Below are positions 43,219-53,680 of a stretch of 64,000 nt of DNA, in pieces. The stretch's first letter is position 1. Each line of letters starts with the position of its first letter. The notes beneath the pieces were generated by a model, which was not told the origin of the DNA, did not search any database, and saw nothing but the letters and a program-made list of their open reading frames with translations. A program made the translations under genes and the position numbers. Source of the stretch: a virus; IMG/VR virus record IMGVR_UViG_3300027917_000038, positions 1-64,000 of that record. One strand, 5' to 3'.

Positions 43219-43354
43219 AGTTTTAAATTTGTAAAACCCCATAGTCGGGGGCAAAAATCTCATTTAAATATGAATTTGCTGGTAAAGAGATGGGGATGAG
43301 AAGTATGAAAAGACAGAGTTTTAAATTTGTAAAATCCCTATAATACTGGGGGGG
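43219..43354 (+). repeat. Two 18-bp direct repeats, each followed by CCC...G-string
   Basis: AGTTTTAAATTTGTAAAA at 43219 and 43317; G5 at 43247, G7 at 43348. Confidence 0.85.
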
Positions 43355-43560
43355 TGCGACAAATTTGAAATGAATTCTAAATAGATAAAATTAATTTTAG
43401 GATCGGTTTATTAATTTCATATTCTTGAAAATCAAATTACAAAAAATTTTATGGTGTGGGGGTTTAAGGCGACTCGCCCAGGTCTCTCAAACAAAAGCAT
43501 GCTTACGTATAAAATTTCAACGTTTTCAAGATTACGTGATCATTTTCGATCATGTATTAT

Positions 43561-43608
43561 AAAAAAAGAAAAAAAAATATTTGAATCCGATCAAATAAAT
43601 GATCGGAA
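43561..43608 (-). terminator. Hairpin plus T-tract terminator
   Basis: TCCGATCA/TGATCGGA stem followed by long T runs on the - strand. Confidence 0.65.
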
Positions 43609-43637
43609 ACTAGCATTTGATTATCATAATTGATCAT

Positions 43638-44150
43638 CTATTTTTCAGATTTCTCAATCATTTCGATCAAATATTTCATTAATTTATCATTTTGACTAGC
43701 TAATCTGATCAATTTCGATATCTTGAAAACTAGTTTTTTATCATTAGTTTTCTTAATTTGATCTTTCGAAATATTAGATTCTTTCATAGTTTTTTCGAAT
43801 TTCGAAAAATTCTTGTAGATATATGATCGAATCTTTGATTCAGATTGATCTTTCAATTTGACGTTTTCGATCATTTGAATATCATTTAAGATCAAAATTC
43901 CGATCAATTCTGATCTTTTAGCGATTTTTTTCGACGTCTTTTGATTAAGATCGTCATATAAATCATTGATCTTAGTCATAGGAATATCAATTTTGATCAT
44001 GAATTTGATCAAATCCGTTTGACGTTTTTTCGAAAATGATATCCATTTTGCATCAAATTGACTAGTCTTTATGATATTTTCGATCTTTTTATTCATGTTA
44101 TCGATCATCTCATAGAGATTTTTGATCACACGTTTATCATTCTTGATCAT
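43638..44150 (-). CDS. Lys-rich hypothetical protein encoded in the GATC island
   Basis: 170-aa ORF with its own promoter (44263) and terminator. Confidence 0.6.
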   Translation of the reverse strand: MIKNDKRVIKNLYEMIDNMNKKIENIIKTSQFDAKWISFSKKRQTDLIKFMIKIDIPMTKINDLYDDLNQKTSKKIAKRSELIGILILNDIQMIENVKLKDQSESKIRSYIYKNFSKFEKTMKESNISKDQIKKTNDKKLVFKISKLIRLASQNDKLMKYLIEMIEKSEK

Positions 44151-44243
44151 TATTATTCATTATTCTGATCATTTTGACGATCAAGATCGATCGTTTTAAT
44201 GATCATTTTTGATCATTGCGAGAATTTAGAAACGTGAATCAAG

Positions 44244-44279
44244 ATACTAGAATGAATTATCGTTTATAAAGATTTCGAT
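44244..44279 (-). promoter_or_regulatory. Early-class BRE/TATA promoter
   Basis: ATCGAAATCTTTATAAA-N6-TTCATTCTAGTAT. Confidence 0.65.
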
Positions 44280-44500
44280 TTGAGAAGCATGAGCCGGGGT
44301 CACAAAAGTGTAAAAACATCACTCGAATTTTAGTGATTTTTAGGACATTAAAAAAAAATTCGCACTCGAAAAAATCACATAGAGAAAAGACGTACGCTTA
44401 CGCCATCGCACTCCCTCGTCCATTCTACAAATGTCAATCTCTTCCTGACAATATTTATTTGACAACTTGCTACTTACTATAATATCTCTCACATCAAAAA

Positions 44501-44535
44501 ATAGAAAAATTTATAAATGATTATTCCTACTATTA
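44501..44535 (+). promoter_or_regulatory. Early-class BRE/TATA promoter
   Basis: ATAGAAAAATTTATAAA-N6-TTCCTACTA. Confidence 0.65.
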
Positions 44536-44578
44536 ATATAATAAGAGTTCAAATAAAATTCTCTTATTTTAAAAAATT

Positions 44579-47334
44579 ATGAGCATGAATAAAAAAATGT
44601 CATCATATAATTGGCCAGATATTAAAAACATAAATTCTCAGCATACAAATTCGAATATCGAGGCAATCCTAAGAAGACTTGATGATATCTACAAACTAGC
44701 TCCGGAATCCATCAATGCTCTCACAAATATCATTCTCGCTGACATCAAGAAATTCCAAAAGCGAATAGAACTAGCTGATAAATCTGATGTTGATATATGG
44801 CAAATCTCTAATATGCCAAGATTTATCTATCGACAAGTAAAAAATAACAATCCTAGAATCACATTAGAATATATCAACGCGTTAATAGGAGGACAAATCT
44901 TAAATCCAAATAGCGTATACATCGAAAGAGCAACACGAATATTAAAGCAAAAGGAGGAAACAAAATGACTAACCATGAGATTTTATACAAGGAAAAAACA
45001 GCAAAATTTTCATTACCTAAGCCGCTAGTCTTGTCTCTACTTTTCATGGCGAATGAATGCATGTCAAAGATTTACGAAGAGAAATATATGGAATCAGGAA
45101 AAGCATTTTATCTCAATGTTGCTGAAAGATATGCTAATAAATTAGACAATCTAAATAAATGCGTACAAATGATAAGATTGTAGGTGAAATACATGAGTGA
45201 AGAAGACAAGAAATTTATGGCACAAAAATTAGAGATACTAAGATATATCACGCCTCTAATCGACGTTCCGTTGAAATACAAGAAATCGGTTCTTACATTA
45301 TTAGAATTAACAACGAATCTAAAAGATAACGTTCAATTATCCACGCGTTTAGAAGAGCTGTATGGAATCTACAAAGCTTTTTATAAACACGTGCAGGGAT
45401 TACGTCAAATGGAGCATTGTCTTGAATGCATGTCTCAAATCAAATACATAGCGAATCATTTCCAAATCGAATTTAACACAGAATTTATTATAAACATGTG
45501 AGGCGATTATGTTGAGAATAAACCAAATCTTAAATCACGAGAGATCTTCTTGCGCGTTGATCTCTCACATTTTTTATATAAAACAAAATTATAAATTGGA
45601 GGAAAAATTATGGATTTTATAAGAGTTTGTAATTTAATGACCATAACTTCTAAGCGAGCTACTGGAACAAATATAGAACAACAACTAGCTATGCATGCTT
45701 TAAATGGTATTATGCCTGAAGTTTTCACAGATCTTTACGAGATAACAAGAAGGAATCTCCATCTTGATAAAAAACAAATACTAAAAGAGATACAAGAATT
45801 AATCGACGATTTCGATAACGACAAGCCTACACAATGCGAAGAATGTCCACTAGCCGCTCTATGCCGAGGTGAAAATTGTGATTAAATTAGACAATCTAAA
45901 TGAATTGGAAGGAATGGAATTTGTCAGAATTGAATCCTACAAGAATTATATATACGCTGTAGGAAAATTCTATGACAACGGAAAAGATACATACAAATAC
46001 TACACAATTCAATGCTACAGGAATTCAACGATCACAATTCAGCCTCTCTCTTTTTTTGTTGATGAAAATCACATAAAGAGATTAACGCTACTGCAATTTG
46101 TAGATGAACAAACACGCGTTCATATAAATCCAATAAAAAATGAATGGAGGTGGCGAAATGCCGAATGAAATTGTTTGTCCAAAATGTTTGAATCGTCCAA
46201 CTAAAGAGAGAGAATCACGTGAGGTTATACACATGCACGAGAAAACATTTTGTATGCGCATTCGAGAGAGATACTGGACTTGCTACGAATGCGGAATAAA
46301 ATACAAGCAAAGAACTTTGTTTAGTGAAATTGGATTAGTTAAAGAAGACAAATTATTTGAATTGGAGGAATAAAAATGTCAGATGGAAGAATTGCTTTTA
46401 TAACACATTTAAAAGAATACATAGATTTCGAAAAAATATGGAAGCATTCTCAAGAACTTGTAGATAAGGTTGGTGAGATTCTCGACCAAGTAATATCCGT
46501 ACAAAACCATTTATATGGATTAAAAGGAAACAAATTCATAGAGGGATTTGGATTAGAATCACAATATAAGTGGGCAGCCAAATATTTAAATGACGCATCT
46601 GATCAATTGGAAAAGCTTCAAAACAGCTTAATAGATGAGTTTAATAGAATACATGCATTAGAATTGGAGGAAAAAAATGACAAAGAAAAATGAACCAAAA
46701 GGGCCCGCAATAGTCCGTTTCTTGTCAAAGAATATCAACAGACGAAGTCCTACAATGGAAGATATTAAGGGCGTGATTCTAGGAGAAAACAAAGAATGGA
46801 AGCAATGTCCTAAATGTCATGGATACGGAGATTACTTTGATAAAAATACCAAAACTTATAGAAATTGTACTTGCGAAAACGGATTGGTGAGACGTGAAGA
46901 ATAAAATGTATATTAAGAACAGTCATCCAGCCTTTTATGGATTCGAGAAATTGGAATTTCATAAATGCGATGCTGAGATACAAAACAACACTATTCTGGT
47001 GCTACATTATCTACAAACGGAAAGGAGCAGGACTAAGAAACTACAGGCGTTCTTTCTGGATGATTTAGTATCAACAGATTCAGTCGAGATTGTAGGAACA
47101 TTAGCACAATTAGATATACCAATTACATATACCAAGGGTGATTAAATGTACTATTTCGAACACAAAGATGAAGAAGAACAACAACAGAGATTCAAACGTG
47201 ATTATTTCAAATGTATAATCGAATTGGATAATTGGTACATGGAAGAATTAGACTTACAGCCTAAAAAGATACGTAAGAAAATTATAGCAACGAACGCTAT
47301 TTACAAAATGACTTTAGCACGAAGAAAAAACTAA
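44579..47334 (+). other. Cluster of about 10 small early ORFs of unknown function, including zinc fingers at 46140 and 46677
   Basis: Tightly packed co-oriented ORFs with GGAGG/GGTGA SD sites. Confidence 0.6.
45539..45575 (+). terminator. Hairpin plus T-tract
   Basis: GAGAGATC/GATCTCTC stem, then ACATTTTTT. Confidence 0.5.
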
Positions 47335-47382
47335 AAAAATAGGGACATGCGTGCGTAAGCATGTCCTAAAATTCTTTTTTTT
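47333..47382. terminator. Bidirectional terminator between convergent genes
   Basis: GGACATGC/GCATGTCC stem flanked by A and T tracts. Confidence 0.7.
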
Positions 47383-49874
47383 TATTTTGATGTTAATAAT
47401 TTAGCCTCTTTAACTTCACATTCTGCTTCATACAATAAATTGAATATGTCGTCAAATATATCTTGCTCATTCATTTCAATGGACATTTTCAATGCCACAT
47501 TAATCACTTGACTTATTTTTATATTTTGTTGCGGATAAATCGACACTCGTTTTTTGTTCAATGGATTCTTGTAGATTAAATCTTGATTGCCTATAACGGT
47601 TCCATGAGTAAAAGCAGTCCAGCCATCCCATTCATCTTGTAAATCAATACAGTTTTCTTTGAATTGGTGATAGAATTTATGCATAAATTCATCGCCACGT
47701 TTATAGATCTTCACTATTCCGCCTATGTTGAGATTATTAGACATAACCTTGCAATAACTAACTACATCTCTTTGTATTATTATTCTACGATAATAATTCA
47801 CATCTACATAATTATGTGCCATCTCTTTGATAATCTCTCGCAAGAAATCTTTTGAACGTTTTATCTTTCTTGCTCTGACTTCACTTAAAAGCACTCTGTA
47901 TTTTTTCAATGTCTTATCAATCTCTTCCAGCACTCCCAAATTGCCTAATTTCTTTTGTAGTTTTTGTATTTGTTTGCCAATGCTTTTGGCTTTCTTGCTA
48001 TTGCCGTGATAGTTCTTCTTGTTCTTTTTCAAAACTTTTATATCTCTAACAATTTCTAATATCTGTCGTTTCAAATCTATGTACTTCCTTTTCTGTTTCA
48101 TCAAGTAAGCGATTAATCTATGTAAAGCATGACTATTTGGAATAAATTTTAAGACATCTTGAAAGAACTTCCTGAAATATTTGTTTCTAACATCATCGTC
48201 TTTTATTTTGCTACATTTATCAAGATATAAATGTCTCGCATCAATATCAGCAATAAAGAAATCCATGTCATTCTCACCAGTTTCATATACACATTGATTT
48301 ATTATATTGCCACCTCGAATCCATCCAGTCTCTCCAAAATATTGTTGATGATGAAAACTTGCATAAACTTTGTAATAATTGTTTTTACTTGTCTCTTTAG
48401 AAACAATTTTTTTCTTATTGATATATCTAGGTTGTGGATAATATAATTGGTAAGAAGTAATGGCAGTATTAGTCATTTCGTAATTTCCTATTGGATCATG
48501 AATTTGTCTATCTGATAACCCCTTAATTCCTAGTTTGTGGCAAAATATCCTAAAGTTTCTTATATAATTTTGTTGAATATCCGGATTGCTATGATAAGGA
48601 AAAACAAAATCTACATCACAACACTCATCTTCTATTTGTAATTTTTCTTTATACAAATTATCTTCAACATCATCAAGAAACCCTGTATGAAACCATTTCT
48701 TTGGAGCTAAATAATCGTACTGAATCCATACTTTGTTCCTTATTTGTCCTTGTTTGACAATGCGTACATGCTTATTGTTCTCCAATTTCTTAATGAAACG
48801 TTGATATCTCTTTGGTCTAACTGAAATACAGGCAAATAAGAAGTCATTAAGATCTATTGTAGGGGTTTCATCACAATAATCAAATGCCATCGGAACATGT
48901 CGCATTATCTTTCCACTGTCAGCCCATATCTTATTGTCATTCAATTGTTCTCCATATCGTTCTTTTAACACAAAATCTTCATATTCCTTGCGTTTCTTTT
49001 TCATCCAGAGTTTAATCTTGCTGTTCTTTACGGAATAGTTATTATTCTTAATGTGTTGAATAATATGTTTATCTATGGAACAATCATCTAAGAAATTGTT
49101 AGTTGTCTTGATTTGTTCTTCTAAATCAATTTCATAATCACCACTTATTCGCCATTGTTTCTTTAAGAAACGAGCATATTCTTCCATGCTCATTACGCCT
49201 GTAGGTCTATTCATTTGTTGTTTGTTTTCGTTTATTTTCTCTTTTATGTATCTGATATATTCCAAATGATCGACCAGTTCAAAAACATCTTTTGCTATCT
49301 TTTTCTGCTTGTCTAATTCTTCTACTAATTCTCTGTTCCAAAGTGTTTCAGAATCCACTTGAATTTCTATTGTTTTTGTTTTAGCTGTTATCTTCTTTCC
49401 ATCCCAACTTCCTGGGACAATCCTCGTAGCCACTTTCACTTTCTCTGTTATTGTATAATTGCTCTGAATCCATTGTGGAATCTCTTCACAAATAGTCTTA
49501 TTATCTTTTGTGATTATCTCGCATTTCTGAAGGCAAGTAATCGCATTCTCCACAATCTTCTGAAAAGCTGGAGTTCTTTTTTTGTCATGATATTCTTGTT
49601 TAAGAATTTTGTTTAATTCTTTTTTGACCATGAGCTGAATGTGATCAATACTACATTTCCTAAGAAATCTGTTGCTTGAACGCATGTTAAATAGACCAAA
49701 GAAATCATTGGACTTTCTAACAGTATTAGTTCTAATGTACTTATAAATAATAGCATTAATAGTCTTTTTGTTTCCCTTCATCACTTGGTCGCATAATCTG
49801 TCAAGAAGCGTTGCGTCCAATTTGAGCATTTTTAATTTAAAAACAGTATTCAATTTTAAGCTTGTTAAATCCAT
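47382..49874 (-). CDS. Large TnpB/Cas12-like protein with degenerate RuvC
   Basis: Ordered TnpB-type motifs in the C-terminal 350 aa (see findings); D543 kept, Q701 and V790 at the other catalytic positions. Confidence 0.65.
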   Translation of the reverse strand: MDLTSLKLNTVFKLKMLKLDATLLDRLCDQVMKGNKKTINAIIYKYIRTNTVRKSNDFFGLFNMRSSNRFLRKCSIDHIQLMVKKELNKILKQEYHDKKRTPAFQKIVENAITCLQKCEIITKDNKTICEEIPQWIQSNYTITEKVKVATRIVPGSWDGKKITAKTKTIEIQVDSETLWNRELVEELDKQKKIAKDVFELVDHLEYIRYIKEKINENKQQMNRPTGVMSMEEYARFLKKQWRISGDYEIDLEEQIKTTNNFLDDCSIDKHIIQHIKNNNYSVKNSKIKLWMKKKRKEYEDFVLKERYGEQLNDNKIWADSGKIMRHVPMAFDYCDETPTIDLNDFLFACISVRPKRYQRFIKKLENNKHVRIVKQGQIRNKVWIQYDYLAPKKWFHTGFLDDVEDNLYKEKLQIEDECCDVDFVFPYHSNPDIQQNYIRNFRIFCHKLGIKGLSDRQIHDPIGNYEMTNTAITSYQLYYPQPRYINKKKIVSKETSKNNYYKVYASFHHQQYFGETGWIRGGNIINQCVYETGENDMDFFIADIDARHLYLDKCSKIKDDDVRNKYFRKFFQDVLKFIPNSHALHRLIAYLMKQKRKYIDLKRQILEIVRDIKVLKKNKKNYHGNSKKAKSIGKQIQKLQKKLGNLGVLEEIDKTLKKYRVLLSEVRARKIKRSKDFLREIIKEMAHNYVDVNYYRRIIIQRDVVSYCKVMSNNLNIGGIVKIYKRGDEFMHKFYHQFKENCIDLQDEWDGWTAFTHGTVIGNQDLIYKNPLNKKRVSIYPQQNIKISQVINVALKMSIEMNEQDIFDDIFNLLYEAECEVKEAKLLTSK

Positions 49875-50390
49875 TAGTGTGTTACCACCTCTGTAATCAA
49901 CCCCACCACTTCCCCATCCTTTGTTTTATAATTTATATACATAATTATTTCAACACAAAATCTTTTTTGTTATATCTATCCAACTTTTCTTCATCTGTTA
50001 GTTTCTTATATCTTGTCAATAAATCTCTAACAAAATAAATAAAGAGTGTATCCATCGTTGTTTCGACAACATCTGCTACTGTATCTAAAACAGATTGAAA
50101 AACACTTGGATAATATCTGTTCAATTTATTTAATGCTTCAATTAATCTCATTTTTAATCCTCCATCCAGTCGCACACAACATTTCCGTCTTTGTCAATTC
50201 TCCAGCTTGGGCACGCTATATACTTTTCTAATGTGCCAATAATATCTATCGCTGTTGCTCCTATCTCATTGTTATCAGTTTTATCCATTATGAACTTAGC
50301 CATGTCACGAATATCATCAAGATCTGCTTTGTCGACTGGAATTACAATTTTATTATCATTCATGTTTCATCATATAAATTTGTTTTCTAT

Positions 50391-50427
50391 ATACTAGTAA
50401 TGAAGCATTCTTTATAAATTTTTCGAT
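50391..50427 (-). promoter_or_regulatory. Early-class BRE/TATA promoter of the operon ending in the TnpB/Cas12-like gene
   Basis: ATCGAAAAATTTATAAA-N6-TTCATTACTAGTAT, near-identical to the 44244-44279 promoter. Confidence 0.7.
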
Positions 50428-51636
50428 CACCAGTTTAATGAGATCTTTCAAGGATTTAACCGAAATTCAAAAATCTTAAAATCCTAAGATATATTTTTTA
50501 AATTCGGAAAATAGATTTGATGGAATGATTCCCAAGTCTCACAGATTTGCTCGTTTTTTTCTCGAATATATAGATTAAGAAAAGTAATTTAATAAAAACA
50601 ATTTTAATTAACATAAATAAAAATTTGGAGGATTTAGTATGCCAGAAAAAAAATTGACCAATCAACAGATTTTGGATAGGACGAAGGCAAAGAGCTATAT
50701 TATGTTGCCACAAGATCACATCGTTAAAGTCGTCTCACAATTGAATGCGGAGCAACAAAAGAAATGCTTTGGAAACGAAAAAACATTAAAACCACTCAAC
50801 CCAGTACAAGCGGCAGGTATCCTAACTGTCGTAGAGGGATTGGATAAAATCGATCCACGACCAATTAGCAAGATTCCTATTGACGACCAAAGAAAAATAA
50901 TCAAAGAGCAATCCGCAAAAAACGACGCTGTCAAGAAATTCTTGGAAGAAAACGGCTATTGGGAGCAATCTCAAATACTTAAGGAAACTACAGTTGCTGG
51001 TGATTTCAGTCCATCCGGACTTTGGTCTGTTATTGACGATATGATTGCTGACATGGATTTCAGCAGACCAAAAGAATAAACACAATAATTTAATTTTTTT
51101 TTTCGTTGATGTATCCTCTACAAAGTAAAAGTAACATAAAAAACAAGAGGGAAATATTATGAGCACACCAGAATTTAAAGACCTTTTTAATAAAGATGTC
51201 TTAAAGGATTTTGTTAAGAAACGAACAAAAGAAGCATTCACAGAAGTAGATAAAGAACTAAAAAAGTTTGTAGATTTTTTCGAAAGTGAGGGAAAATGTC
51301 ACAGAGGAGAAAAAGTATTTGGATGTTATCGTAGAGATGTAATAGCATTCACGGAACTTCTTATTGGAAAGAAACTTCCAATGCCACAAGACTATAATGG
51401 GGCTTGTATCAAAAACGGGGAAACTGGAAAGAAATTATATCTTGTTACTAAATCAAAACATTATATAGATCATCCAACTGATATTCTCACAGTATTAGAT
51501 GCCAGTGGAAATGAGAGGGAATTAAAGAAAACTCCTACTCCAGCCACAGATGAAGAAATAGACAAATTTTTTGAGGATTTTAAAATTACAAAGGAAGTAG
51601 TACGTTCAATATTCAACTTCTAATATTTTTTTTCAC

Positions 51637-51773
51637 GAGATTGGTTGTAGTTCGACAGCGACTGTTAAATAAGAGAGGATCGACAATATGAAATATGACA
51701 AATTGCCAACAATAAAAAGGAACAGTTGCCGAACAATGGAACAAAACGGGAGGTTCGACCCCTCCCAATCTCA
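51637..51773 (+). ncRNA. tRNA-like RNA 1 (137 nt) with long insert
   Basis: Acceptor GAGATTG/CAATCTC-A; T-arm GGAGG-TTCGACC-CCTCC; 9-bp helix GCGACTGTT/AACAGTTGC. Confidence 0.75.
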
Positions 51774-52699
51774 TCCTAAAGCAAAAGTGTATAACTATGA
51801 AGTTTTACAGAATATTTTTTGACAAAATAATAGAACATTTCTCAAAATTCGAAACATTAACAGATTTTGAATTAAAAGAACTATTAAAACAAGCATTTGA
51901 TGAAATGCAATCATGATTGAAATATTGTCTTGGATTAGCACTTTGTTTTTCTTTATAGGTGCGTATATTTATTCTGGTAAGAAACAAAAATATCCAAGAA
52001 CTAGAATGACAGGATTTATAATATATTGCGTTGGTGGAACAATTTATATTTACATAAATTTATTCATGCAGTTTAATTTAGCGTTTGCTTCTTGTCAAGT
52101 TGTATTTAATATACTTGACATACGAGCAATATATCATTGTTGGAAAGAAATTAAAGAACAAAAACAATAAAATGTTAGTAATAGAAGTTATTTTATGGAT
52201 TGTTATTTTAATAGGATACGGAGCATGTTTATTTGGATTTTATGTAGCAATCTGGTCTTATAAACAAGGAAATGATGATTGGGTGTTACCATTATTTCTT
52301 ACAAGTCTTTTATTATTATGTGTTATATTAACACATATAAGACTTACAATAGACTTTGACCAATTATATAAAATATTATACACGGAGTTGTAAAAATGTT
52401 ATCATATATGAATATGTTTGATGTTGAATCAACAGAAGAATATCATAGGTATCATACTAAATGGCATAAAAACTGGCGTGATTATCAAAGAGAAACAAAA
52501 GAAATTAACACTAAAATAGAGTGGGAAAAACGAATGGAATCCACTTACGATAATCTAAAAACATTTATTAATTCCTTAAATTTACGATTATACATTCGTA
52601 TTAAACGCAAATTTTTTCATTACAAAGAATTCAAATACAAAATTTTTATTACAAGAAATAAGAAACTAATTAAATCAAAATTACATAAAATAATAACAA

Positions 52700-52773
52700 G
52701 GGCTCTTAGTGTTACTGGACGAGCATACTCATCAGATGTATGAGAGGGGTTGGTTCGATTCCAACAGAGCCCA
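52700..52773 (+). tRNA. tRNA-Ile(GAU)-like with atypical anticodon loop
   Basis: Cloverleaf: GGGCTCT/AGAGCCC-A, CTCAT-CAGATGT-ATGAG, GTTGG-TTCGATT-CCAAC. Confidence 0.75.
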
Positions 52774-53011
52774 TCCAAAGGTGTAAATTATGAAAATTTT
52801 GGAACAAAATGAACAAAGCACATTAGAAGTGCTTCTTCGTTTCACAAAAGAGGAAATGAAACTATTCTTAAACACTGTAGTAGATTGTGCAAAACCTGCA
52901 AACTGTAGTTATGAAGATTACAAAGAAATAATAAAAACAAAATCTCCTTCAAGTGAATTCGAAGAAATATTACAAAAATTATACTCGTTAGTAGAATAAA
53001 GTGAAAAAATC

Positions 53012-53680
53012 ATGTCAAAAGTAATGACATTAGGAGATGGATTCTCCAAAAGAAAAGAGCTTCAGTCCGAGTTTATGACTTGGATTAATAGATTGCGCTT
53101 AAGTGGTATGGAAACAACTACATACCGAGTCGAAGATATTAATGACAAGGAAGATAAAGCATTACCTGGCTCCCTTAAGAAGTTCACACGAATTTACTCT
53201 GTTGAAGAGTGTCTTGAAAAATTAAAACAAATTTTAAAAGAGGATCGTGAACTTGCTCTAAGAATTTCTCTTACTAATCAACAAGCCAAAGCCACAATGA
53301 TTGATCTTGAAGGCAAGGAAGTGGAATTAACAATTCCGGAATTAATTGTTCTTAAAAATGAGATCTCACCAAAATTGGAAGAGATTGAAAGAAACATCCC
53401 CACTCGTGCTAAAGGAGTAGAAATTCTGGAAGATGATGACGACCACATCAAATGGAGAGAAATACAAGTAGTCAAAGAAAAAGAAAGAGAAATTACCGAC
53501 AAAGGATTTCAACGAGACATTATAAAGATTAAGGGTTATAATATGAAAGAGTACATGGATTATGGATACACAGAAAGATCGTTATGTGATCGAACAGACG
53601 CAATAAGAGCATGGCAAACTCGTTTGAAAGAAGCAATAAATGAAGCTAATAAAACTCCACTCGTAAATCTCGGGGCATAA
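53012..53680 (+). CDS. DIP1984-like (septicolysin-annotated) coiled-coil protein
   Basis: MTLGDG..KRKEL, L..RI..TN, TI.E.I, L...I.EAN pattern. Confidence 0.6.
   Translation: MSKVMTLGDGFSKRKELQSEFMTWINRLRLSGMETTTYRVEDINDKEDKALPGSLKKFTRIYSVEECLEKLKQILKEDRELALRISLTNQQAKATMIDLEGKEVELTIPELIVLKNEISPKLEEIERNIPTRAKGVEILEDDDDHIKWREIQVVKEKEREITDKGFQRDIIKIKGYNMKEYMDYGYTERSLCDRTDAIRAWQTRLKEAINEANKTPLVNLGA

Larger units (their letters stand above)
43538..44214. other. GATC-dense island
   Basis: 28 GATC counted in 677 bp, 10 of them TGATCA; TCGA, ACGT and CTAG also frequent. Confidence 0.9.

Noticed and set aside
43219-43354. Canonical ORB elements or a mini-CRISPR
   Set aside because: ORB core is absent; the 18-bp repeat with 80-bp spacer does not fit CRISPR geometry
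43451-43633. 60-aa + strand ORF
   Set aside because: Runs through the A-tract and terminator of the opposite gene; no recognisable features
44459-44483. Perfect TTGACA and TATAAT hexamers
   Set aside because: Spacer is 13 bp, not about 17; the other promoters are archaeal-type
47382-50640. Active IS200/IS605 or IS607 element, or a type V CRISPR locus
   Set aside because: No TnpA/resolvase, cas1/cas2 or repeat-spacer array seen by eye in the window; RuvC is degenerate
51637-51773. Intron-containing tRNA-Leu(UAA)
   Set aside because: A TAA anticodon can be forced, but positions 32-35 cannot form the BHB central helix and the D and variable regions are abnormal
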